Source of the DNA: Pseudomonadota bacterium
GTDB taxonomy: Bacteria > Desulfobacterota > Desulfobacteria > Desulfobacterales > RPRI01
Length of the DNA: 34,053 bases
Assembly (NCBI GenBank): GCA_043825875.1
Contig: JBDRRF010000014.1
Coordinates: 1 to 34,053 of the forward strand
Direction of reading: 5' to 3'
Part shown: in pieces, positions 1-8,353 of the stretch
Layout of the letters: every line of letters begins with the position of its first letter
How positions within the stretch are numbered: position 1 is the first letter of the stretch
Notes under the pieces: generated by a model
Told to the model about the DNA's origin: nothing
Seen by the model: the letters and a program-made list of their open reading frames with translations, nothing else
The model's database searches: none
Made by a program: the position numbers and the translations under genes

Positions 1-885
1 ATAGATAAGCTGCCCCACGGTCTCTTCAGGCTTTACTTTGAAGAATTCATAGAAAGAACGGCTGACCATGACCACCCGTAGGTCTTGATCCAGAGCTATC
101 AATGGTTCGCGCACAGTGTTGATGAGGCTCTCTGCGAATTCCCGGGCGGCATCTTCGGATATTTTGGTCACTTCCAGTTCTTTAAGGGCGTTTCTTTCTT
201 TTTTCAGTGCACTTTCTAAACCCTCACCCTTTAAAAAAAGCTCACGGCTTTTCTCTTCTAGGATAAGTTCTGCCTGCTTGCGGGCAAGTTTTTCCCGGTC
301 CAAACGGCGGCGCGATAAAGCTATCTCTTCACTCATGCAGCTCCCTTTAACTCGGGTGATCGTAAAGAGAGTTGCCCTGGAATTCCCTAGAACATTGTTT
401 CTGATCACTTTCATCTGCTCTCCGAAGTGTTCAAGACAACCGAGAATTAATCCTTCCGCAAGGTCCGGCAGGTTGCGATCGGACTCATAGGTCATTTCCA
501 AATGATCGGGAGTTGGGAAAATACACGAAAATGTCGGAAGTTCCGCATCCGGGTAAAGCTTTTTCACCTCGACATGTACAAAGCCGTCAACCTTCGGCAG
601 AAACTCAAAAGTTGAACTGGTCCCGTCAAAGAAGGCCGGAAACTTGGCGAAGAACTGCCGTAATAAATGTCTTCCGAATTCTTTGAGCAGATCCGGAACT
701 CCAATTTCTACGATCGTAGCCAGGTTGGAGACGAGCGTCACTATTTCACAATGGTCATATGTTCCGACCGACGTATAAATGCCCTTTGAGGGTAGGTCGG
801 AGCTTTCTATAAGCTGTTCGGCAATATCAGACGAGAACCGGCCCTCTACGAACTCGAAAAATTCTGTAAACACAACACCCTTCAT
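1..885 (-). CDS. Partial (runs off left edge) H-NOX heme-NO-binding domain fused to coiled coil and PAS domain; probable sensor kinase or other signalling protein
   Basis: Hand translation from ATG 885 (RBS ACAGGAGG): MKGVVFTEFFEFVE...YTSVGTYDH...VHVEVKKLYPDAELP...YESDR (proximal His, conserved Pro, YxSxR). No stop codon; frame continues into MSEEIALSRRRLDREKLARKQAELILEEKSREL and PAS-like AESLINTVREPLIALDQDLRVVMVSRSFYEFF. Not in ORF track because it has no stop in the window. Confidence 0.9.
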   Translation of the reverse strand, partial: MKGVVFTEFFEFVEGRFSSDIAEQLIESSDLPSKGIYTSVGTYDHCEIVTLVSNLATIVEIGVPDLLKEFGRHLLRQFFAKFPAFFDGTSSTFEFLPKVDGFVHVEVKKLYPDAELPTFSCIFPTPDHLEMTYESDRNLPDLAEGLILGCLEHFGEQMKVIRNNVLGNSRATLFTITRVKGSCMSEEIALSRRRLDREKLARKQAELILEEKSRELFLKGEGLESALKKERNALKELEVTKISEDAAREFAESLINTVREPLIALDQDLRVVMVSRSFYEFFKVKPEETVGQLIY

Positions 886-951
886 AGTCCCTCCTGTTGG
901 TGTGTTATTAAGAATAGTTTTCTGTCAAGTTGAAATATACGGCTTTTCAGA

Positions 952-975
952 ATTATCTGCAATATTATCTGCAAT
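952..975. repeat. Perfect 12-bp tandem direct repeat upstream of the H-NOX gene
   Basis: ATTATCTGCAAT at 952-963 and 964-975. Confidence 0.7.
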
Positions 976-1154
976 CGAAAATAATATAAATGATTGCGCA
1001 ATGAAATGACGTATTTCCGTCAAAATTGCCGGATGCTACATTACAAGGAAGAAGTTACATTTATAGTTATAAAGCGGTTATTCAATTCAATTGTTAATTC
1101 TTATTTAGCTTCAGCTTCAGCTTTCCCCTTTCTTATTCTTTTCTTCCCTGTCTT

Positions 1155-1245
1155 AATTAACCCCGCCGCCTGTTTATAATACTAACCATCACATCGTAAG
1201 CCTATCTGCGGTCAAGAGTTATTCTTCGGGCAATAATGGCATGTT
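1155..1245 (-). pseudogene. Decayed third copy of the [DE]RR-repeat microprotein gene
   Basis: acatcgtaagcctatctgcggtcaagagttattcttcgg resembles acatcgtaagcctgcctgcggtcaaggctgtttcttcgg in 4775..4990. Translates ARRITLDRR*AYDV versus DRRNSLDRRQAYDV (CAG to TAG at 1202-1204). Boundaries approximate. Confidence 0.7.
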
Positions 1246-1293
1246 TAGATAAATATAATCGGTTGCAAAATTTATAATTTTTATCTCAAACAG

Positions 1294-3756
1294 TTAATCG
1301 ATAACCACCGGTTTTATTCGCCAGATATGATCGCAGTATTCACTGATTGCGCGGTCTGAAGAAAATTTCCCCATCCTTGCTACGTTCAGCATGCTCATAC
1401 GAAGCCACTCCTCTTGCTTTAAATAGGTTTGAGCGACCTGCTCCTGGCAGGCGATATACAGCGGATAGTCTGCACACAGCATATACTCATCATGCTCGCG
1501 GAGCGTTTTTGTAAGCGGTATGAACATGTCACGGTCGCCGTGTGAGAAAAGGCCGCTTTCAATCAGTTCGATTGCCTCACGCAGCTCGTTGTTTGCCAGG
1601 ATTACATCCTGCGGGCGATAGCCTTCATGTCTTTTCTGAACCACTTCATTTGCAGTAAGGCCGAAAAGAAAGAAATTTTTGGCGCCAACTTCTTCGCGGA
1701 TTTCTACATTGGCGCCGTCCAGTGTACCTATCGTTAGCGCTCCATTTAAGGAGAATTTCATATTCCCTGTGCCGGAAGCTTCCTTTCCTGCAGTTGAAAT
1801 CTGTTCGGACAGATCGGCTGCGGGAAAGACTCGATACGCATTTTTCACGTTGAAATTTGGAAGAAAGGCTACCTTTAGCAGATCGGCTGCTTTAGTTTCG
1901 TTGTTGATCACATCGGCAATGGAGTGAATAAGTTTAATAATCAGCTTTGCCATAAAATATCCGGGCGCGGCTTTACCGCTGAAGATGACCGTGCGAGGTG
2001 GCATGTCCTGCGTCTGCCCTTTCATGATACGGTTATAAAGGGTGATAACATGCAGTACATTAAGATGCTGTCTCTTGTATTCGTGAATTCTTTTGGCCTG
2101 GATGTCAAAGAGCGAATCCGGGTTTGTTACAATACCTGTGCGATTTATGATGATTTCAGCAAGGAGCGCCTTGTTTTGGCGTTTGATTGCGCGCCATTGA
2201 TCAAGAAAAGATGAGTCTTTAGTGCATGCTTCTAATTTCTTGAGTTGGGATAGATCCTTGATCCATCCGTCACCTATGCACTCTGATATTAGCAAAGCAA
2301 GTTTGGGGTTGGAAGCAAGGACAAAGCGGCGCGGTGTAACGCCGTTTGTTACGTTCGTAAATTTTTCCGGAGTGATATGATTAAAGTCGTTTAAAACCAG
2401 TTTGCGTAAAAGTTCGGTATGCATTTGTGCAACGCCGTTTATTTTATGGCTGCCGATACAGGCCAGATTTGCCATTCGCACATAATGCTCTCCACCTTCA
2501 TCAATTATGGAAAGCCGCTGGATCAAGTTTTCATCGTCCGGGTAGTTTATGCGAATATCATCTAAGAAACGCCGGTTAATTTCATAGATGATTTCCATGT
2601 GACGCGGTAGAATAATCTTAAAGAGTGGTACGGACCATTTTTCCAGTGCCTCTGACAACAGCGTATGATTGGTGTAGCAGAAGGTTCTTCTTGTAATATC
2701 CCATGCATTGTCCCATTCCATGTTATAAACATCGACTAAAAGGCGCATTAATTCAGCAACACCGATTGCCGGGTGTGTATCATTAAGTTGGATAGTGTAT
2801 TTTTCATGAAATTTATCTATCGTTTTTTCCCGTTGGAAGTATATGCGGATCATGTCCTGCAGGGCGCAGGAAACGAAAAAGAACTGTTGCATCAGCCGCA
2901 GCTGCCTGCCTGCAAGTGGCTCGTCATTGGGGTAGAGTACCTTGGTAAGGTTTTCCGATCCGATCTTGTCATGAACTGCACCATAGTAATCGCCGATATT
3001 GAAAGATTTAAAATCAAAAGACATGGTTGCTTCCGCCTTAAACAGGCGCAACATTATGACAGAATGCGAGCGATAACCGGTAATCATTGTATCATAGGCA
3101 ACGCCGCGCACACTATGATCGGGTATCCAGTTGACACGGTATTCTCCGGAATCTTCATATTTACTTTCCGTATAACCGCCGAAGGGAATATCGTAGATAA
3201 TTTCCGGACGCGCCACTTCCCACGGATTTCCCTTGCGCAGCCACTGGTCGGCAACCTCCACCTGCCAGCCGTCCCGGATTTCCTGCGTGAAGATGCCGAA
3301 TTCATAACGGATGCCATAGCCTATAGACGGGATATTGAGTGTTGCAAGTGAGTCCAGATAGCAGGCGGCAAGCCGCCCAAGTCCTCCGTTTCCTAAGCCC
3401 GGTTCTTCTTCCTGATCTATGAGTTCCTGTAAATCCAGCCCAAGTTCAGAAACGGCCTGTTTTACCTCTTCATAGATGCCTAGGTTGATCATATTATTTT
3501 CCAGTAATGGTCCGAGAAGAAATTCTGCCGAGAGATAGCAAACGGTTCTGCTTGCTTTCTGATAGTAGGTACGTGCTGTTTTCGCCCATTGCGCCAATAT
3601 CCGGTCGCGAATAGCATAGGCGACAGCAAGATAGTAGTCATTTTTAGATGCAACGGGTGCAAAGCGGCCCTGAACGCAAATAAGATTGTCGAGAATAGAT
3701 TGTTTAATCTCTGCCACATCGCTGCCGGTTCTAACTATGCATGTCAAATTTTCCAT
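1294..3756 (-). CDS. glgP: Glycogen/starch/alpha-glucan phosphorylase (GT35), paralog 1
   Basis: GLGNGGLGRLAAC, QLNDTHP, KRIHEYKRQ, PLP-lysine motif EASGTGNMKF. Start chosen at ATG 3756 (RBS AAAGGA). Confidence 0.96.
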   Translation of the reverse strand: MENLTCIVRTGSDVAEIKQSILDNLICVQGRFAPVASKNDYYLAVAYAIRDRILAQWAKTARTYYQKASRTVCYLSAEFLLGPLLENNMINLGIYEEVKQAVSELGLDLQELIDQEEEPGLGNGGLGRLAACYLDSLATLNIPSIGYGIRYEFGIFTQEIRDGWQVEVADQWLRKGNPWEVARPEIIYDIPFGGYTESKYEDSGEYRVNWIPDHSVRGVAYDTMITGYRSHSVIMLRLFKAEATMSFDFKSFNIGDYYGAVHDKIGSENLTKVLYPNDEPLAGRQLRLMQQFFFVSCALQDMIRIYFQREKTIDKFHEKYTIQLNDTHPAIGVAELMRLLVDVYNMEWDNAWDITRRTFCYTNHTLLSEALEKWSVPLFKIILPRHMEIIYEINRRFLDDIRINYPDDENLIQRLSIIDEGGEHYVRMANLACIGSHKINGVAQMHTELLRKLVLNDFNHITPEKFTNVTNGVTPRRFVLASNPKLALLISECIGDGWIKDLSQLKKLEACTKDSSFLDQWRAIKRQNKALLAEIIINRTGIVTNPDSLFDIQAKRIHEYKRQHLNVLHVITLYNRIMKGQTQDMPPRTVIFSGKAAPGYFMAKLIIKLIHSIADVINNETKAADLLKVAFLPNFNVKNAYRVFPAADLSEQISTAGKEASGTGNMKFSLNGALTIGTLDGANVEIREEVGAKNFFLFGLTANEVVQKRHEGYRPQDVILANNELREAIELIESGLFSHGDRDMFIPLTKTLREHDEYMLCADYPLYIACQEQVAQTYLKQEEWLRMSMLNVARMGKFSSDRAISEYCDHIWRIKPVVID

Positions 3757-3853
3757 GACCGTTCCTTTTAGGCTTTTCCGGCAAATTAGCATCCGGATTA
3801 ATCAGGTTACGAAGTAGAAAAGTATAATTCTCCAGTTTCTCTCAAAAGACTAC

Positions 3854-3975
3854 TGTCACGTCAACTATGAAATGTACCAACCTGTCATTTCGACCAACGG
3901 GAGAAATCTTTATAAATCTCTTAAAAGCAAGATCTCTCCTTTCAGTCGAGATGACAAATGATGCATGACACGACA
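3854..3975. mobile_element. MITE-like element with imperfect terminal inverted repeats, 4-bp flanking direct repeat and internal REP-like palindrome
   Basis: CTAC|TGTCACGTCA ... TGACACGACA|CTAC (TIR 8/10). Internal stems TGTCATTTCGAC/GTCGAGATGACA and GGAGAAATCTT/AAGATCTCTCC. Confidence 0.7.
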
Positions 3976-4000
3976 CTACTCGCGCTTGTTCAAAGAATTC

Positions 4001-4657
4001 CTATGTTTCAGGATAGTTGTCCAAATAAAGTTCGAGCGCACGGGAGAGGGATGATAGAAATGCCACTTGTTTTCGATTACGAACCATACGCAAGACATAC
4101 CATACTACTACGAACATTCCCACCAGCCAAATCATACCCACAATCCTATTGATCATTGCCGGACTCAAAAGACTGTGCAAGAGTTCTGAAAACAATTTTC
4201 CATGATCGTCTTCAGAAACCAGTTTGATTAGCCCCCACCAAATCGTTATGCTGCTCAATAATAGTGCAGACTTACCCAGGGCTGATCTGCCCAGGATTGC
4301 CAAGGGATGGTAATCGCCCTTAAGCCCGGCCAATTCCATCATGGTCAATTTATGGTAGTGATGCAACTGGTCATATTCATATTTTTGAAAGAATTCAAAC
4401 AAGGTCACTATAGCACAAGCGTCTTCGCAGAAGGTGCTTTCATATTTTTGATACGTTGCCGGTTTACCGTTATCGTCATGATAGTTTTTTTCCACCTCAC
4501 TGCGGATAAGCAAAACGTCCGGATGGTGTTTTGAAACCTTGTTTTGTTTTAGGTATGAGCGGGCTTCGTTAAGAAATTTCAGAAAATCTGCAATCTGATC
4601 TGCCCATGTTTTATAAACCATAGTTGATTTGAACTGTTTCATATACGACTCCAACAT
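4001..4657 (-). CDS. Hypothetical membrane protein (two C-terminal hydrophobic helices)
   Basis: 218-aa ORF with hydrophobic segments ALLLSSITIWWGLI and IVGMIWLVGMFVVVWYVL; no family recognised. Confidence 0.65.
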   Translation of the reverse strand: MLESYMKQFKSTMVYKTWADQIADFLKFLNEARSYLKQNKVSKHHPDVLLIRSEVEKNYHDDNGKPATYQKYESTFCEDACAIVTLFEFFQKYEYDQLHHYHKLTMMELAGLKGDYHPLAILGRSALGKSALLLSSITIWWGLIKLVSEDDHGKLFSELLHSLLSPAMINRIVGMIWLVGMFVVVWYVLRMVRNRKQVAFLSSLSRALELYLDNYPET

Positions 4658-4774
4658 GATTTGTATTAAACGGCAGTTTTAATGAGATGTAAATCGGATT
4701 GGAAACATTTATTAGGTTCAGATTAAATTAAAAGTAATCAATAGGTATCAGCTCAATATATTTAAAAAACGAAG

Positions 4775-4990
4775 TCAGACGAAATAAGATGAAACAAAAA
4801 TACTGCTCCACTTATTTGTTCTCATCCAACCTTTTCGCTGTTCTCCATTTTTTCTTCTATCAAAGGCCGGTCTTCGACGTTCCTGACCTAATATATCTGT
4901 GGCTATAACATCGTAAGCCTGCCTGCGGTCAAGGCTGTTTCTTCGGTCAATATCAGCGCGTTCCCGTCTGTCTGGTCTTAAATTATCCAT
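4775..4990 (-). CDS. 71-aa Arg-rich [DE]RR-repeat microprotein, copy A
   Basis: Intact paralog at 12376..12591 (44/71 identical by hand alignment, same length); RBS GAGG; conserved upstream promoter. Confidence 0.85.
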   Translation of the reverse strand: MDNLRPDRRERADIDRRNSLDRRQAYDVIATDILGQERRRPAFDRRKNGEQRKGWMRTNKWSSIFVSSYFV

Positions 4991-5045
4991 AATAAGATTT
5001 CCTCATGGTAATATAAATGTAACAGTTTTTTACCGAATAGAAATT

Positions 5046-5074
5046 ATCTTAACAGATTACAATTTGCTTTTCAA
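5046..5074 (-). promoter_or_regulatory. sigma70-like promoter for microprotein copy A
   Basis: TTGAAA-17 bp-TAAGAT with extended TGT; same architecture upstream of copy B. Confidence 0.6.
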
Positions 5075-5098
5075 GCGTCAAAATTAATATTTCTTGGT

Positions 5099-5125
5099 AT
5101 ATCGGCATGTTTTCAAGAAAGGTTA
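5099..5125 (-). promoter_or_regulatory. sigma28 (FliA)-like promoter upstream of microprotein copy A
   Basis: TAAC-N15-GCCGATAT versus consensus TAAA-N15-GCCGATAA. Confidence 0.5.
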
Positions 5126-5163
5126 AGAGGTATTTAGAATGAATGGTTTTATTATGCTCATCT

Positions 5164-6765
5164 TTATTTGATTTTTACGTCGCTTAAGTCTTGATAGAGT
5201 TGTTTGTTATACGAAAAAATGAGTCCTTCCTCAAAATCGATTTGCCCTTCTTTATATAATTTTGCAAGGGACACATCGATAGACATAAATTCTTCACATC
5301 CGGTTTCCATCTGGGAGCGGATCTGATGCAGTTTGCCTTCCCGTATCAGGTTTCCTACCCGATTCGAATTTGAGAAGCGTTCCAACACCAGAAGCTGTTT
5401 GCTTTTGTCTTTATTGAGTACCAGACGTTGTGCTAAAGAAAGCAGCAGAGTGTCCGCCAATAACATGCTGATCAGGTTTTGCTGATTTTCCGGGAACATG
5501 TTTACTATTATGCGAATTACTGCTGTGGAATTAGCGGCATTCATAGTGCTTAGAACAAGGCTGCCGGTTCCGGCGGCTCTTAAAGCAATTTCAAAAGATT
5601 CAGTATCACGCAATTCACCAATGACTACCACATCAGGGGATTGCCGGAAAACAGAGCGCAAACCTATGGCAAAACTTTGGGTATCTCTGCCGATTTCCCG
5701 CTGGTTGACATTACTTTTTTTGTGTTTGTGCAGATATTCTACCGGATCTTCCAAAGTGATAATATTGCATTGCCGGTTTGTATTGATGATATCTATCATG
5801 GAGCAAAGGGTCGTTGATTTTCCATGGCCGGCCGGGCCGGATATGATTATCAGGCCATGAGGTTTTAATGCATAATTTTTTATCCATTCAGGAAGGTTGA
5901 GTTCTCCCATTGTGGGAAGGTTGTCGTACAGACGACGAATATTAATGGATACGGATTTTCTTTGTTTATAAAAATTAATTCTGAAACGGCCTGTATTCGG
6001 ATATGTTACTGCTATGTCCAAATCATTGGTCTGCTGGAATTTTACCCAGCCGGAAGCATTGTTACTTAAAAGCTCTTTGGCATATAATTCACAATCAGCA
6101 GGGGTTAAGGAAGCACTCGACAGTCGTTTGACCTGATTGCTTACTTTAATGGACGGTGGGACTCCTGCCGTCAGCAGCATGTCGGTAGCCCCTGTTTTGA
6201 CAAGATAGGCCAGAAGCGATTCGATTTTGGGAGAAGAATGGGCTTCACTTTTATCTTGCAGTGCTATAGCCTTGATTGTCTTACCAATGACATCATTACC
6301 ATAATTTGAAGATAAAAAGTTAAGTGCTGCCTCCATCATAAAAAACGGTACCACCACGGGTTTGATTTTGATTCCCATTGTAAATTCCAGATCGCTGACT
6401 ACCCCAAAATCATGGGGGCTGACCATGCCAAGAGTAAGGATATTGCTTTCTTTGGATATGGGAAGAATTTTATATTGTTTGATCTGGTTTAGTGGAATTA
6501 ATTTAATTATTTCATGAGGAATGTTGATACCAAACAAGTTAATATGGGGCACGCCAAATTTTTTCGACAGAAATTTCAGCATATTATCGGTTGACACAAA
6601 ACCCATCTTTATAAGAAGCGAGCCTATGGGCATGTCAACCTGAGACCGTCTGGCAAGGGCTTTTTTAAGTTGTTCTTTTGTTATGAGTTTGGAGCTGACA
6701 AGTTCTTCTCCAATAAGGCCTTTAATACTTAGAGAAGTACTGCTGCTCTTTGGTTCGACCGGCAT
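5164..6765 (-). CDS. PilT/PilU-family type IV pilus ATPase with N-terminal MshEN/GSPII_N-like domain
   Basis: N-terminal LIGEELVSSKLITKEQLKKAL...PIGSLLIKMGFV; GRFRINFY, Walker A GPAGHGKST, ITLEDPVEY, NQREIG, PDVVVIGELRD, and AIRNLIRE-like RVGNLIRE. Confidence 0.88.
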   Translation of the reverse strand: MPVEPKSSSTSLSIKGLIGEELVSSKLITKEQLKKALARRSQVDMPIGSLLIKMGFVSTDNMLKFLSKKFGVPHINLFGINIPHEIIKLIPLNQIKQYKILPISKESNILTLGMVSPHDFGVVSDLEFTMGIKIKPVVVPFFMMEAALNFLSSNYGNDVIGKTIKAIALQDKSEAHSSPKIESLLAYLVKTGATDMLLTAGVPPSIKVSNQVKRLSSASLTPADCELYAKELLSNNASGWVKFQQTNDLDIAVTYPNTGRFRINFYKQRKSVSINIRRLYDNLPTMGELNLPEWIKNYALKPHGLIIISGPAGHGKSTTLCSMIDIINTNRQCNIITLEDPVEYLHKHKKSNVNQREIGRDTQSFAIGLRSVFRQSPDVVVIGELRDTESFEIALRAAGTGSLVLSTMNAANSTAVIRIIVNMFPENQQNLISMLLADTLLLSLAQRLVLNKDKSKQLLVLERFSNSNRVGNLIREGKLHQIRSQMETGCEEFMSIDVSLAKLYKEGQIDFEEGLIFSYNKQLYQDLSDVKIK

Positions 6766-6800
6766 TAATTAATCTCCTTATCTATTCGCATTAAGGATAT

Positions 6801-7706
6801 TTACCTTAATGCAATGACCCGATTCCGTCCTGTTTCTTTAGCAAGATAAAGTGCTTCATCCGCCTTTTTTAGCATTGAATCGGCCGAATCTTTATTGTCT
6901 TTGCACTCGTATACACCAATGCTGACGGTAATTCTGATAGGATCGGTGACATTAAAGCTGTGCTCTTTTTTTTCTATTATTTTCCTGATGCGTTCTGCCA
7001 GTAAAGTTGCTGAATCAAGATTGGTTTCAGGCAGAATGCAGCAGAATTCCTCTCCGCCAAACCTTACCAGAAAATCATTATTTCTTACCATAGATGATAT
7101 TTCATCGGCAATCGATTTTAAAACCAAATCTCCTGTTTGATGACCATACATATCATTTACGTTTTTAAAATGATCAATATCAATCATCATAAGGCTCATA
7201 GATCTACAGCAACGGTTGTGTTTTTCCAATTCATCTTCAAGTTTGGTGGAAAGAAATCGCCTGTTATAGGCTCCGGTCAGACTGTCTCTGAGATTCATCT
7301 CAATAAGTTTTTTTTCGTAGATTGCAAGTTGGGTAACATCCTGGACCGTGATACAGATGTGCGTTATAGATTCATTTTCACCGCGAACCGGACAGATGGA
7401 ACAGCTTTGCTGCATGAATTCAAACTGCGACTGAAAGGAGCTATAGGTTTTTATCGGGAAAAGATATGGATGCATTTTCCGGGAAATGTAATTGATATTG
7501 CCGAATTTTAAAGAGGACTTAAAATTACGCAAAAAGGCAGGAGTATTTAAATTCGGAAATAAATTGAGAATATCTGATCCGATAATCGAATCTTGTTTGA
7601 TACCGCTATGAACACTCATCCAATTATTCCAATACCGGATATGCATATTCTTATCCAGTATAATTACTCCGATATTCAATGTGTTTAAAATATTATCAAA
7701 ATTCAT
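6801..7706 (-). CDS. PAS-domain diguanylate cyclase (GGDEF)
   Basis: N-terminal PAS (GVIILDKNMHIRYWN), DSLTGAYNRR, DIDHFKNVND, I-site RNND five residues before active site GGEEF. Confidence 0.95.
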   Translation of the reverse strand: MNFDNILNTLNIGVIILDKNMHIRYWNNWMSVHSGIKQDSIIGSDILNLFPNLNTPAFLRNFKSSLKFGNINYISRKMHPYLFPIKTYSSFQSQFEFMQQSCSICPVRGENESITHICITVQDVTQLAIYEKKLIEMNLRDSLTGAYNRRFLSTKLEDELEKHNRCCRSMSLMMIDIDHFKNVNDMYGHQTGDLVLKSIADEISSMVRNNDFLVRFGGEEFCCILPETNLDSATLLAERIRKIIEKKEHSFNVTDPIRITVSIGVYECKDNKDSADSMLKKADEALYLAKETGRNRVIALR

Positions 7707-8350
7707 TCGTATTGACTCAAAAAAGTCTGGAGTGCCTGTTTGAGCCAGCTAACGGATTCATGGCTTGTGACAAGAAATAGACATCCGGTAGCGCTGTTGC
7801 TGCTGAAGTGAAAGATTGTACGAAGTATAATAACGATATTTCTGGGATCTGACATGTCATCTGATAATGCCCTGTCTGCCAGATTCCCGGTGATGATCCG
7901 CGGAGGGGAATAGTTTACAACATCTCCAAGAAGTTCGGCAATTTTTCCGACGCAAGCCCCGATCAGTATATTACCTACTTCAAGCAACAAGTCTTCTTCA
8001 AGCATTCCCATAGGGTCCGATTCAAGAATTTCTTCATCCAATTCCTTACCAAGAACGGATAATAATCCTTTGCCTGCTCCAAGTGTAAAAATAAGCAGCG
8101 CGAGTCCCTTAAATTTTGAGAAGAAATTCTGCTCGACTATAGTAATATTGTTATGATCCTTTATTTCGGATTTGATATGTTCGAGAAGATCAGATGTTTT
8201 TAAAACTGAAATTGTGGGCACGCTTAAAACAACATACAGGTCGATGACCTCGGAAATATCGGCTGCGGCAGACCCAAAGCCTATATTCATTATTTCCTGG
8301 AGGGTATCTCTTTCTTCTTCTGTTAGTACTTCCTGCTCATTATTATTCAT
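7703..8350 (-). CDS. CheC-family phosphatase
   Basis: Two ExxN motifs (DTLQEIMNIG; LLEVGNILIG); 4-bp overlap with the cyclase gene. Confidence 0.88.
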   Translation of the reverse strand: MNNNEQEVLTEEERDTLQEIMNIGFGSAAADISEVIDLYVVLSVPTISVLKTSDLLEHIKSEIKDHNNITIVEQNFFSKFKGLALLIFTLGAGKGLLSVLGKELDEEILESDPMGMLEEDLLLEVGNILIGACVGKIAELLGDVVNYSPPRIITGNLADRALSDDMSDPRNIVIILRTIFHFSSNSATGCLFLVTSHESVSWLKQALQTFLSQYE

Positions 8351-8353
8351 AGG

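Noticed and set aside
1107..1125. AGCTTC x3 microsatellite
   Set aside because: Too short to be meaningful; lies at the edge of the decayed microprotein copy.
116..1179. Plus-strand ORFs 116..490, 779..1009 and 994..1179
   Set aside because: The first two are largely antisense shadows of the H-NOX fusion; the third is AT-rich with no recognisable features.
1679..3771. Short ORFs overlapping glgP1 (and similar ones inside glgP2, the TPR gene, RND genes, pfp and the activator)
   Set aside because: Antisense or off-frame within well-supported genes. Similarity of 1679..1927 to 15392..15613 merely mirrors glgP paralogy.
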